The notes below the pieces were generated by a model that was given only the letters and a program-made list of their open reading frames with translations, did not search any database and was not told the origin of the DNA. Below are positions 38,064 through 49,745 of a DNA stretch of 64,000 nt, one piece after another. Location: positions 1,089,527 through 1,153,526 of the forward strand of contig NW_003526940.1 in the NCBI RefSeq assembly GCF_000181795.1, written 5' to 3'. Position 1 is the first letter of the stretch. Every line of letters starts with the position of its first letter. The DNA comes from Trichinella spiralis. Taxonomy: Eukaryota. The translations under genes and the position numbers were made by a program.

Positions 38064-39473
38064 TCAGGTCCATGGATAGAAATTGCAATGCAATATTATT
38101 CCAATAATGCTGTATGTGAGAAAGAAAAGCAATAACAAACGACCTCTGAAATTGCTACCTTTCCATAGTTGGCAAATGTCATCGACCATGAATGTACCAT
38201 AAAAATGCATTCTTTTTCTGGACGACACTTTGGAAAAATTGTCTGCCAGAATCAGTGCCGCTTGCCAATACAAGAATGGACTAGCAGAAAATAGCATTCG
38301 CGTTAAAATTTCAACATTAAAAAAAAGCAACCCCAATATGCTTAAACAGATTATATGAATGGAAAATATCCATTTCACTTTTTCGTAAAACGCAAAATGC
38401 TGTGCGTTGCAATACACCGACTTGTAAACCAGTATCAGCACTGGAATGGTTAGTATGAAGCAGGGGATTTTTCGCCACTGATAGTATCGCAAAAAACCCA
38501 CATCCCAGTAGTAACTTTGAACAGCACTATACGATAGGGGGAGGGGTTTTCTGCACCACTGCAAATTGTCCAATTCACATTTGTACCTGTACCCACGCTG
38601 CTTAGCATAATCCAATAAATAAGCTGGACGTTCTGCCGCTGCAAGTGGACAACTCTGACAAAATGTTGTAAAAATATACAACTGATACAAAGCAATTGGT
38701 GCAAGTACAATCGCAGAGTGCAGAATAAATGAGAATAGTTTTTTCCATGAGATTGTCATCTTCAAGGGTCTAACCTTTCCAACCCAGAAACGACTGGATA
38801 AAATATTCGCAAAAACATTCTCAAATGAAAAATAGAATAAAAATAAAATGTTCATCAAGCTATTCGATCTGGCCAAGGAAGCAAAAGCAAAACAAATTGC
38901 AGAAATAAAAACATTTCGCTTTTTTCTGATCAGATAATACAAGCCAGCAAAAGTGAACAAAGAGTATAATGATTCTGAATAAATAGAATGCAAAAATATT
39001 GTAGCGGGACTTACAGAATACAACAGTACACACAGTCGACAGATTTGCAAGTCGTCAAATATTTCTTTTGTCAACCGATACAAAATATATCCTGTAATAA
39101 CAAAACTAACATTCACAACCAAAACTGAAGATAAAATGGACAGAAAATAATCGGATATATTGACAAGAGGAAATAATAGAACAATTAATCTATTTATAAG
39201 GCGAGTGAAAATTGGCAGCAAAGGAAAAAAAGCTACATTATTTTCAAATGTATAACCTTTTAATGCGATATGCAAAAAATGCTGAGAGTCCCAACGACTA
39301 AAACCAGAGAACAATATATTAATAACGTTGTCGGTGATGCTCTGGTTTGAAGCTTTTGAATCTGGTGTAGTAAATGCATCTGCAGTGTGGTCCACAATCA
39401 AATAGTTAAAAAGTAGTTGCAAAAGCCAGACTAGAAGGCAGCTTTGTAATAAAATATTTAATGACTGTTTCAT
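38064..39473 (-). CDS. PIGV: GPI mannosyltransferase 2 (PIG-V/Gpi18), intronless polytopic membrane protein
   Basis: 469-aa ORF with RWDSQHFLHIA, NVAFFPLLP, SPATIFLHSIYSESLY, ARSNSL, VQSYYWDVGFLRYYQWRKIP and terminal HCNFYPWT. Confidence 0.95.
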   Translation of the reverse strand: MKQSLNILLQSCLLVWLLQLLFNYLIVDHTADAFTTPDSKASNQSITDNVINILFSGFSRWDSQHFLHIALKGYTFENNVAFFPLLPIFTRLINRLIVLLFPLVNISDYFLSILSSVLVVNVSFVITGYILYRLTKEIFDDLQICRLCVLLYSVSPATIFLHSIYSESLYSLFTFAGLYYLIRKKRNVFISAICFAFASLARSNSLMNILFLFYFSFENVFANILSSRFWVGKVRPLKMTISWKKLFSFILHSAIVLAPIALYQLYIFTTFCQSCPLAAAERPAYLLDYAKQRGYRYKCELDNLQWCRKPLPLSYSAVQSYYWDVGFLRYYQWRKIPCFILTIPVLILVYKSVYCNAQHFAFYEKVKWIFSIHIICLSILGLLFFNVEILTRMLFSASPFLYWQAALILADNFSKVSSRKRMHFYGTFMVDDICQLWKGSNFRGRLLLLFFLTYSIIGIILHCNFYPWT

Positions 39474-40854
39474 GCTAAATCTTCATTCGTATTCATTCCT
39501 GAAATTATTTATTTATTTGAAACTGTAGAGTTAGCAATAGCATTTGTAACTGATATTTCAAAATCAATTTCTTTTCAGTTTAAAATTTATAAATGCAAAA
39601 AATGTTTATCAAACTGATAATTCACTAAATAATGGTTAACAAAAATTGGCGCATGGTGAAAAAAAGTAAAGGCCAAAAATGATGTTGTGGTATTATATTA
39701 TGTCCCCAATTTATACATTAGCTTCAATACCAAAAACTTAAAGCTTGAAAAATATACAAAACAATTAAAAAATTTTTTATTATTAATAATAATCTAAATT
39801 AAGAAATATAATAATACTTTCACATTTTAAACAAAAATTTTGAAAAAAATGCTAATTAAAAACAGTTTCAAAATATAAAAAATAAATAGTATCAAGTACT
39901 ATTTACATTGCAATTACTGTAGTTTGGAAATGAATAGAAAATTCAATTCGTACAGTTAAGAATTTTGTAATTCGTTTTTATTATTTTTTTCAATACGTTT
40001 CACGTGAATTAAAAATAAAAATATATATTTATTTTTCTTTACATTGGCTACTGTATATTTACATACCGTAATCGCTTGCTATGCTCAAGCTAAGTGTGTG
40101 ATTTGTGCTCTGCATGGCTTACACGGCGTGTTTTGTTTCTCCGCTGCGCTTTTAATGTTTACAAAGTATTTTAAACGTATTTTGAAATTTTATCATATTA
40201 TTTTCAATAAAAACGCGTGATTTTTGAAGTAAATAAATACATGATGAAAAAATAAAAATATGTAATAAATATTTCTACAAGTAACTTATTTTTTGTTATT
40301 TTCAGTTTTTTCTGTCAGATTATGCATTTATTTCATTTTGTTTACCCACTCTGTTTGTTCTTACTGTAGTATTCAAGGTCATTATTGAACATTAACTTGC
40401 TTTTACTTATTACATTGTTGTTTGCCTTCTATAGTCGTTAGTTTCATAAAATTAAAGTTTTAGGTGTACATAGGGCGCCATTTCGCTGAACTACGCATCT
40501 TGAGATCTTCTACTGTACAGTTATTTATTTGCTCCGTAGTTTCTTTACTTCTAGAGTTGATGCTGAAGTAAGTGGGCAGTGTATATGCGTATATTGTTTT
40601 TAGCATCATACATTTTACCTTTCAGTATTTAACATGTAAGAGTTTTTTAAAAATGAAATAATCATTGTTAAGATGAACTTCATGTGTTAATGCTTGTTGA
40701 TTATCTGTTTTAAGTGTATTATTCTACTTATAATTTTAACAATAGATGGTAATGATTGTGTTTCAAAATGTATTACTCTGTAGTTATTAATGACAGATTT
40801 TGTTTGATTTTTAGCAATAATTTTTTTGCCTAAAAATGTACTTGTTTAGAAATT

Positions 40855-43800
40855 ATGTCCAAACAGGAAGAAAATGAAAATCGTTGTGTTCGACATAGAT
40901 ATGATAGGGTAAGCTGATCATTTCAGCGACATTTATGTCTTTATGTACTGCTTAATGTTATTTAAATTGAACTTCATCACCATATATTTGTGAGTGAAAA
41001 GTAAATCTTTATTCACAGCTAAGTAGGGTGAATTTTTTTTAAGTTTCACCACAATATTTAATATGTCACTCTTAGCATTTACAATTAATTTGGGTTACTG
41101 TTTGATTTTAATTGATGTTTTTTTTTGCCCAGAGAAAAATTTCACAGAATCTTGTAAAATTTCTATTTACATATCTGTAGTCGCAGTTGTGTCAGAATAT
41201 TTTATTATTTTTTTCATAATGTTTGACAATAGAATCATCATCGATTGACAGTTTGTTTGATTTATGCATCATTTTAAGGATACAATGCTCGAAATTGCTA
41301 AACTGCCCGCATCGCAGAGAAAGCCGAAAAATATTTTGGACGAGCTGCTAATTAGTGCGGAAAATGAGTAAAACGACGAAGGGGGGGGGAGAGAATGTGA
41401 AAATTTGCAATTTGAAAACTTGCACTGTTGAATTTTAAGGAAAAATGGTGAAGGTCGTGCAGAACGTTGGACGCAGGGTCTGTGGTTGTCGGACGGGTCG
41501 GCTCAGTCGACCACCGGCTTTCGACCGAAGGGCAGCAAAACGGCACCGATTCCGATTGGTGAAGGAGAAAATAGTGAAAATATTGATTTTGTATTTTCAT
41601 CCCAATAAAATTGTTTGTTTAGTCGAACGATTGAAATCAGAAAACGACGATGGTTTAGTGCTGAGCCCTCAGCGGCGGAGCTTTGGTGCTGGATGCCAAG
41701 CAATAATTGGAAAGCACTTCAAACAGCAGCCATCTGCCAAAGATAAAGAAAGTAGAGATGGAGGTATGCCAATTTTTTCGGTTGTATTTCTTGTAAATTT
41801 TTTTTGAAATAGGATTGAATGGAATGCGTGGACGAAATCAACGTCCCCAGCATCGCAGCGATAATAATTGGAGGGATCCGAATTTTCCTACCAAAAATAG
41901 TCGAGAGTTCAAGTCGAGAAATTTCCACTGGTCTTCAAATCAACGTGGAAATGGCGGTGATCGTCGATCTTTTTCATCGGAAAAAAACACCACCCTTCCA
42001 GAATGGGTTACCGAAGGGCCAAAGGATATGTTTGAAACGATGGAATTGCGTGGATTTGAAGAAGAGCCGGACAAACAGTCTGACAACAAGGAAAAACCAA
42101 TGGTGAACGGCTCTGACGAATCTGAGAAAGCTCCTCAGCCGTTGCCAACAACAACAATTCCAGAGCCAACAGAAAATGAAAACTCAGTGGCGACGAAAAT
42201 AAACGACGATATGCCTTTTGATATTTTTTCCAACGAATTCATGGAACAATTCTATAATGGAGTAGGCATTTTATTTTATTTATTTATTTATTTATTTATT
42301 GTTTTTTTTTGCTTCTGTAGTGACAAATTTGACATTTTTAGAATGAGTTTGGTGATATTACCAATGTAAAGACAGAGGCAGTGACGGGCAGTCGTTTCAA
42401 GAAGTTCTTCTCCAGTGCTGACTCCGAAACTTCTGGTAGTTTTTTACTGCTATTATTATGTGTTTTAATTTAATTTGTTAGTTGCATTATTGTTTAAGAA
42501 ATTGTTGTTTAATTAATAATGTATTTTTTTGGTTTGATTGTTATTTAAGGTGGTGATAACAGTGACAAACGAAAGGCGGAGGAAAAACAGCAACTGTGTG
42601 ATGGGCCTGATTCGACAGCTTCACTCGGTGAAATTAATGCTGTAGAAGCTGAAAGTTCAAGCCAGTCGGTTCCAACAATACCCGGGGCGATTCGTTTGGA
42701 AGAAATTGAAACTGGACTGAAAGAACGTGGTACTCAGAGCGAGCAGACGAATACTATTTTGCAAGTATGATTTTGAGCTGTACTTTCTTTTTTGAACACA
42801 TTTTTCACAAATTTGAAATTTCCACCTTATCAGGGTCTGTTCAGTGCAGCGAAATTGCAGTTGCGTAGAAATGAAGCTTCGCATTTGCATTCATGTCCGG
42901 TAGAACAGCAGCCGAAATCTAACAATCAATCGGTAATTGGATTTTAAATTGTTCAATAAGTTTTTTTCTGGAAAAAATACAATTTTGTAATGTAATTTGT
43001 AATTTAATTGGTTAAGTAATTTTTTTAAAATATTTTAAATATTGAACTTTTTTTTGAATTTGAAATTCAGAAAAAAAAATTTAAGAACGTTGAATCATTT
43101 GAAAGTGGCACTTTGAAATCAACTCTGTGGGGTACCCAAAATGCTGGTACGTGCTGTGGGTCTTCCTTCGAATCGGAAAACATCTTCCATGAAGGTACGC
43201 CGAATTTCCAAGATAAATACAAAGCAACTCTACGCAGTGCCGATGTGTCCCCTGCTGCTAATCAGCAAGGGTTGGGTAATAGTAGGGAGATTGTCTTTTG
43301 TTTTATTTTATTTTGCTTTTTAATTTTAAATTTGGTCCGATTTTTTAGCGCAGTCTTCTTCCGGCTCTTCGCCGCAAAATATGCCTCACCAACGCAACAT
43401 ACCGATTGAAGTGATCAACGCGATGCTGGAATGCCAAGATCCATCCCAACTGGGTCCGTTGAGCAAATTGTTGGAAAGTTTTACATTCAACGGCCCGGAA
43501 CCTTTGGCTTGGCAGATTTTTCAAAACCAAAGCAGCGGATCATCCGATGGTTTGACTCATTGTCAGCAGCCAGGTTCCACAACCGATTCGTCGATTAAGC
43601 TCAGTTGTACACCGACGACAGTTGGCCGTGCGGACAGTTCGCTGAACAACGGTTTGGAAAGGAGAGGCAATTTCACTCCGACGTCGGTGATGAAGCAGCG
43701 ACAACAGCAACAGCAGGCGGATAAAAGCGTCGATTCGCACGCTGCTGGTGTTCTGGACGAACAAAATCCCCTGCCCAATGGAGCACAGTACAGGCCGATA

Positions 43801-44099
43801 ACCAAACAGTCGACCGTATGTTGTTCGCCCAGCACGTCCGCTTCTGCAAGAGATGGTCAAGCTAGTCCACTGATGCCGTTGGTGATGCCACCGATGGGCA
43901 CGTCCGGTTCCGCTGGTCACAGTCCCCTAAGTCCTCAGGAAGTGGCTCGCCGAATGCAGCAAAAGCGTTACATTCACGAGCAGATGCTGAAACACGCCGT
44001 ATATCAACAACAGCAGCAACAGTCGTTTGGCGTGATTACGCCAACAATGCCGGCTAATGCAGTTCTGATGAACATCATGCGTGGTGAGTGATTACCGAC

Positions 44100-44156
<57 letters not shown>

Positions 44157-44749
44157 ATTCTACTTTATATGAATAGAAGAGAAATTTTGAAATTATCCCT
44201 TTCCCATTCACATACAGTTGCAATTATTTATTTAGTTACAAAATATTTTATAAGTGCCTTTGTTGTGTTAGTTTTTCTTTTGTGAACGGTTTTTTTCCTC
44301 TATAGCACAAGGAATGCAATCTCAGTTTGCAGCAGCTGTGCAACAACGGCATGCAATGGCACATCCGCAAGCATCTCCAGTTAGAATGGGCCTTCATTCT
44401 CCGTACGAGATGAATGCATTACGCCAACAGCGAGCTTTGTTCATACAGCAGCAACAGCAACAGCAACAACAACAACAGCAGCAGCAGCAGCAACAACAAC
44501 AACAGCATGCTTTAAACCAGTATCGCTATCGAAATGGTTTGTTTACATTGTTGATGCTCTTTTATTAAAGCATATTTTTTTTAATTTTAAGCAAATCCGA
44601 TGAATATAGATCAGATGAAGTACCAGCATTCAAATGCGTTGTTCAGCCTGATGAATGTGCGTTACCCTGGTGGTTCGGCAGTTCCTATTCCACCAGAAGC
44701 TAAAACTTTGGAAGAGCTTGAACGCTTGTCCTCGAGACCTTCTGGATGA
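40855..44749 (+). CDS. EIF4ENIF1: eIF4E transporter (4E-T / EIF4ENIF1 / IFET-1 family), multi-exon
   Basis: The eIF4E-binding motif RHRYDR|DTMLEIAKLPASQRKP is split by intron 1. Also present: VLSPQRRSFGAGCQ, Cup-homology domain LPEWVTEGPKDMFETMELRGFEE, GSRFKKFFS, a Gln-rich region, and C-terminal PPEAKTLEELER. TGA at 44747-44749. Confidence 0.9.
44101..44152 (+). repeat. (TG)26 perfect dinucleotide microsatellite in a 4E-T intron
   Basis: Read directly. It starts ~17 nt after the gtgagt donor at 44084. Confidence 0.97.
44446..44505 (+). repeat. Coding CAG/CAA repeat (20 Gln) in 4E-T
   Basis: 60 nt of mixed CAG/CAA codons within an in-frame exon. Confidence 0.92.
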
Positions 44750-45879
44750 AGAACCAGCAAACCAGCAAGAAATATTTAACTGTTTGTTGGTCAGCCGGTG
44801 TTTCAAACTTTATTGTTATTTTTCATTATTCAAAATATACGTTTGTGTTGTCTTTGGTTCTATAATTTTTTTTCTCTTTTGCCAAGCAATGTACGCGCTT
44901 TTTGACGAAACGGGTTTCATCATTTTCGTTTCCACTTGTACCTCACGCTTGGAAAAAGCTTCTCTCTACTAAATACATTTGTTGAAAACGGTATTTTTTT
45001 AATTCATAATTTCCGCACGTACTCATATATTTTTATGAATATATATAATTTTTTTTGCACGCAAGTTACACTTTTTCATTATAACAAAAATTTTCTTGAA
45101 GCTTGTATACATTTACTCTTTCATTTTTAATCTGTTTTCTGGGGGTAAAAAACAATTTGTATATAGCTTTGAATAACTTTTTTTTGAAAATAATTGTAAA
45201 ATTTTGTTAAGAACTTTTATCTTTTGGTATTTTTGTTTATCGTTTGTTCATTTTCCCTTTTTTGCATTTTTGGTACATTTTTTTAAAAACTTTTCCAAAT
45301 TGTGAAATTCATCTTTATTGCAATTATAATCCCTTATTATGATTAATATTTTTTTCTTTTCATATTCCATGGAAATTGTTCTATTTACTCAAAATTGTGT
45401 ATGGTTATATGCATATATATATATGTAACATATGTATACTTATATAACAAATTATTTATTTTCTCGTGTACATTTTCCCTTGATTGCTGTGTCCGTTTAT
45501 TATTGTGCGCGAAATGTGAGAAAAAAGTGACAGTGACGATGTCAGTTAATTTTGAACTTTTTCATCTTTTTTAAAGTCAGTTTATTTACATTTCTTTTTG
45601 TGCACATGACAGTAATAATAATAATATGCGTATTCTCTCTCTCATTGTTCAGTAATTTTCAGTCGCTGGCTGAATTGTGCGCATTGTCGTCTGTCTCTTC
45701 TGAATTGTTTTTCTTTTTTCTCCTTCGTTCACCAAGTATTGTCTCAAATTTCAATATCCGAAGGTTTAGTAATAAACTTTGCGATGACAAATTTATTCTT
45801 TTGCATTGGTATTTTTTTTGTTCATTTGGTTTGATTCTGAACATTAGTGCTGTAGAGAAATTTATTTGGCTTATAATCA

Positions 45880-46350
45880 ACTTGAGGGCAATTCTTGGGA
45901 GGGCTGCAAAGGCAATAGATTCATATCGATTAAAGGAAGTGATCCAGAAGAATCGAAGAGTACACAAATGCACATATCTCCACCGATTATAGGGCAATGA
46001 CACCAGTGACTATCGTATTTGTCGTTGGTATTGTGATCTGAGATGTCCAGTATTCCCACAACTGGGAAATACGGCCTCACTACCACTTTACCTGAGCTGC
46101 GACGACTTTCTCCTGTCACTCTGCATATCACTCACTTTAAGGCAGTTTTTTTTGTATATTATTCGTTTTTCCAGCTTTTGTTTCACTTCTTTCATTTGGC
46201 TGGGGCATCTGCGTAACGGATCTTTTCAACAACGAATATGATCCTGAGCATTTGTATTGTCTTTAGGGGCAGTTGTCGTCTAATGAAGCAGCTGCCACGG
46301 CAGCTGGCCACCTCTTAAACACATAATGGAATACCTGACTGCGTATCTTG
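45880..46350 (-). mobile_element. Probable degenerate LTR-retrotransposon gag/protease relic
   Basis: Minus strand 46071-46028 reads YF/SCGNTGHLRSQY, a Cx2Cx4Hx4C knuckle with two Cys-to-Tyr changes and a frameshift. It is followed by IGGDMCICVLFDSSGSLPLID, which resembles a retroviral-type aspartic protease LLDSGS motif. The region is more GC-rich than its flanks. Confidence 0.5.
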
Positions 46351-46511
46351 ACCGACCTCTATTGCATAATTTGTTTTTTTGGCCCATATTCACTGTTTTT
46401 ATTGCTCAAATTCCCCGAACAGCAACAATGCAATAATAATTGTTTGTTGCAATTTTATTCAATTTGCTTTTGTGCAGAATTGTTTGTTTGGTTTTCTGTA
46501 AAAGAAAAATT

Positions 46512-48842
46512 TGTTATACCGGATGTGGCAAATTTACATATGTTAACATTTCATTACCTTTTGGGCATATATTAACATTTTGTGGCTACGGTTTGGCAAA
46601 TACCAAACAATCGATGAATATCTTCTTTCAGCGAGTGTTTAGTTTCGGTTGGAAGCGAGTGGGAAATTTTTTTCATTTTTATTGTCCTGACGCAAAAATT
46701 GAAACTATATTATTCACTTTTAAAAGCAAATTTCGTTGCTCAATGCTATATGCTAAACACTCGCTGAAAGGCGTACACTAATCAAATATTTGTGCATTTG
46801 TCAAACGTAGTATCAAACATTTTCCTAAAAAGTGGTCAAATGATTTAAGTTGTAGTAAAAACTGAAATGATCAAAATTAGAAAATGCATCATTTACATAC
46901 ACCCAGCAGCAATGAAATAAAATTTAAATAATATTTATATTTGTTAATGAATAAATGTGTTAACCAGTGAAAACCAAGAAACATAATTGAAAGGGATTTT
47001 TAAGCAGGCATTTGGATTATTTATTTGGATTTGGATATATTTATAATGGTGTAGCAGTTTAAGTGAATGGGCAAATGAAAATCCTACATTGAATTCAACG
47101 AAAATTTTGTAAAAAAAATTTTGACGAAATAAATGTTTTCTACACTCTAACTTAAAGATTAATAACTTTGGAAATTCGTGAAAGTGTTCACGTAAACAAT
47201 GCATTAAAATCCGTGCTTATGTATCCATCTATTCCGTTATGACTAATGCTAACAGAGATAATATTTGTCAAAACTCTTTTTACAAATGTTGACATTTACC
47301 AAAGGGTTATGGAAAATGTATAGTTATATATATATGTGTAACGTAAGCAGCGTTTTTTTGTATTGTATTACTGTTCATACCTAGCAATGGATATGAAGCA
47401 AGAGTTTAATAAGAAATTGTGACTGAAAAGTCAGGAATCAACGTGATATACTCTCAGGCAACGTACGATAAAATTGTGTACGATCTTCTTTGGATCCAGG
47501 CAAAAGGCACATCTTCTGCAGGGGATCATAATCTCAACAGACGATTCGGATTGTTCATTGTTGTAGAAGGGCATAAATTGATTCGAAAAAGAAAAAATGG
47601 CGCAATTCGACAAATTCAAAAACATTTGAAAAGATGTTTTCCATCGTTAGGGATACCCATTCGCGTATTGGTCACGGTGGAGAAAGGAAAACGTTTTTGG
47701 AGGTAAAAAAGAAATGGGCCAACGTTACATTGGAGATATGTAAAATTTGCATAAGATGTTGTAAAGACTGTCAGTTGAAACGAAAAAAGAAGATCCCCAA
47801 GGGTTTGGTAGTAAAGTCAATTGTTAGCAGTAGCATTATGTCAATGGGACAAGTGAATCCTATCAACTACCAAACCATGCCCGATGGCAAGTTCAACTAT
47901 TTAATCACTTATGTTGACCATTTTAGTAAATTTTGCTTCCTGCGCCCATTGACGTCTAAGAGCAGTGAAGAGGTGGCTCAAAATCTCTTTGACGTCTTTC
48001 TCCTGATTGGAGCCCCTGCCATACTGCAATCTGATAGCGGCCGTGAGTTCGGAAGCTCTCTCATTGCTGAACTAAAATGCTTATGGCCAGGAACGAATTT
48101 TATTTAATGGTTGACCCCGTCATCCGCAGAGTCAGGGAGGGGTAAAACAACTAAATGGCGTAGAAAAGGAGAAGCTTGCAATCTGGATGAAAAACAGCGA
48201 TTCAAACAGTTGGTCCCTAGGATTAAAATTTGTGCAGTGGCAAATTAACATCAGCGTTGATGCCACCAATCCAACGAAGTCCCTACTTATTAATGTTTAG
48301 TCGAGAACCACGTGTCGATAATGACCCAAATTTGATGCCAAAATTACTTTTAAACTGATTATGATTTCAATTATGGAAGAAGATTTGCATTGTGGTGACG
48401 ATGATTCCTGTGCAGAAGAAACAACTAGCAACGGCGTGGAGTCTGATCTCAGCAAAGCCGCATCGAATAGCAGCCGCCAAAGAATGGAATTTTTTAAATC
48501 TGACCAAAACAAAAACGATAACGATCCAAACGATCAAAGATCAACAACGACTGAATTAGGTGATTGAGAAAATATGAGTGATGGAACAAATAGCCGGTCG
48601 ATAGAACCAGAAGCATCAGAATCTACAATGTTTCAGGACAATAGCAAAGTCCGTGAAATTTGAAAGCCAGCTCTGGAAAATATATTTCGTTGCTGATTAC
48701 ATCTGTTTAAGACCATTAAAACAGTACTCGCCGAAAGGCATACGTTATCGACATTTTCGAACCGTAGGCGTTAAGTGTTAACATTTACCAAAAGAGCTTG
48801 GCAAATGTTAGCATTTGTCCATTTTCCACATTTGTCATGACA
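46512..48842 (+). mobile_element. Decayed Ginger2/TDD-like DNA transposon (KRBA2/SCAND3-type integrase) with ~90-bp terminal inverted repeats, TGT...ACA
   Basis: Left end tgttataccggatgtggcaaatttacatatgttaacattt...ctacggtt aligns to the reverse complement of the right end, tgtcatgacaaatgtggaaaatggacaaatgctaacattt...ctacggtt (30/40 matches in the first 40 nt by hand). An integrase pseudogene lies inside. No target-site duplication is recognisable. Confidence 0.75.
47387..48260 (+). pseudogene. Integrase/transposase pseudogene (HHCC zinc domain + rve/DDE core), KRBA2/SCAND3-like
   Basis: HSRIGHGG...CKDCQ zinc motif and YVDHFSKFCFLRPLTSKSSEEVA...GAPAILQSDSGREF. After a frameshift it continues G*PRHPQSQGGVKQLNG...WSLGLKFVQWQIN. 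There are at least three frameshifts and an in-frame TGA. The first D reads N and the catalytic E reads K. Confidence 0.9.
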
Positions 48843-49745
48843 TGTCTACTTATTAAGATATGCCAGTAGATAAGATGGACCATTTTACGTTTTTATAGAT
48901 AATTTCAAAAATGTATTAACAATTCTGGCAAAAACATTATTGCTAAAATATATAATCATTATTAACTGTAAACTGTAGTATTAACTGAAAATTATTGCCC
49001 AATTTAAAAGCAAACTAATGCTTTTATTCAAAATATTTTATTTTCATGTTTTTTGAAATACCAATTTCAAAATTTTCTGAATATCTAGTATTGTCATCAC
49101 CAAAAATGATTTATCAGTTTTTTTCCGCAAGTTGTTCAGTTATGCAAATAATATTCAATTCATTCCTCTTTATTAAAAATAAGATTATACAATATATTAA
49201 GTCAATAATAAGTAACTTGGATAAAATTTGAGCAAAAACAAAGAGCCAAAAAGTAAAGAAATTTTAATTATTCACATTCACAAAAATGCTTATCTATTCA
49301 TTAAACAAATAAATGAGTGTGAAAATAATTTGTAAGTTAATTTATAAAAAAACGCCCCTCTCCCCAAAAAAAACAATTTTTTATTTAATTATCAATTATA
49401 AAATGACGGACGGTGTTAATCATTATGGCTATTTCAGGTGTAAAGGATCAGACTTATAACAACATATCTTTAGAAATTTGATCCAAAAGCACATAAAGCT
49501 ATTATGAAATTCAACCGCATTTTGTTATTCAGTATTTGTTTTCTATTAAAATAGTAAAACAAAACATGCACAATCATCAGTATGCTGTTTTGTGCAATGT
49601 TTCTTGTGCAAATGCTATGGGGTTTCTTGGATCATTGTATGTCAAATGAAAATGAAAATTTATGGTAACAAATTTTTAATGCAATATTAAAAACAAAAAC
49701 AAAAAATAACTTTATCGATTGGAGACAACAAATTTCAGATTAAAT

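Noticed and set aside
45659..46003. 114-aa minus ORF first suspected to be a piggyBac fragment
   Set aside because: There are no piggyBac motifs or TTAA-flanked TIRs. Overlapping frames fit a gag/protease relic better.
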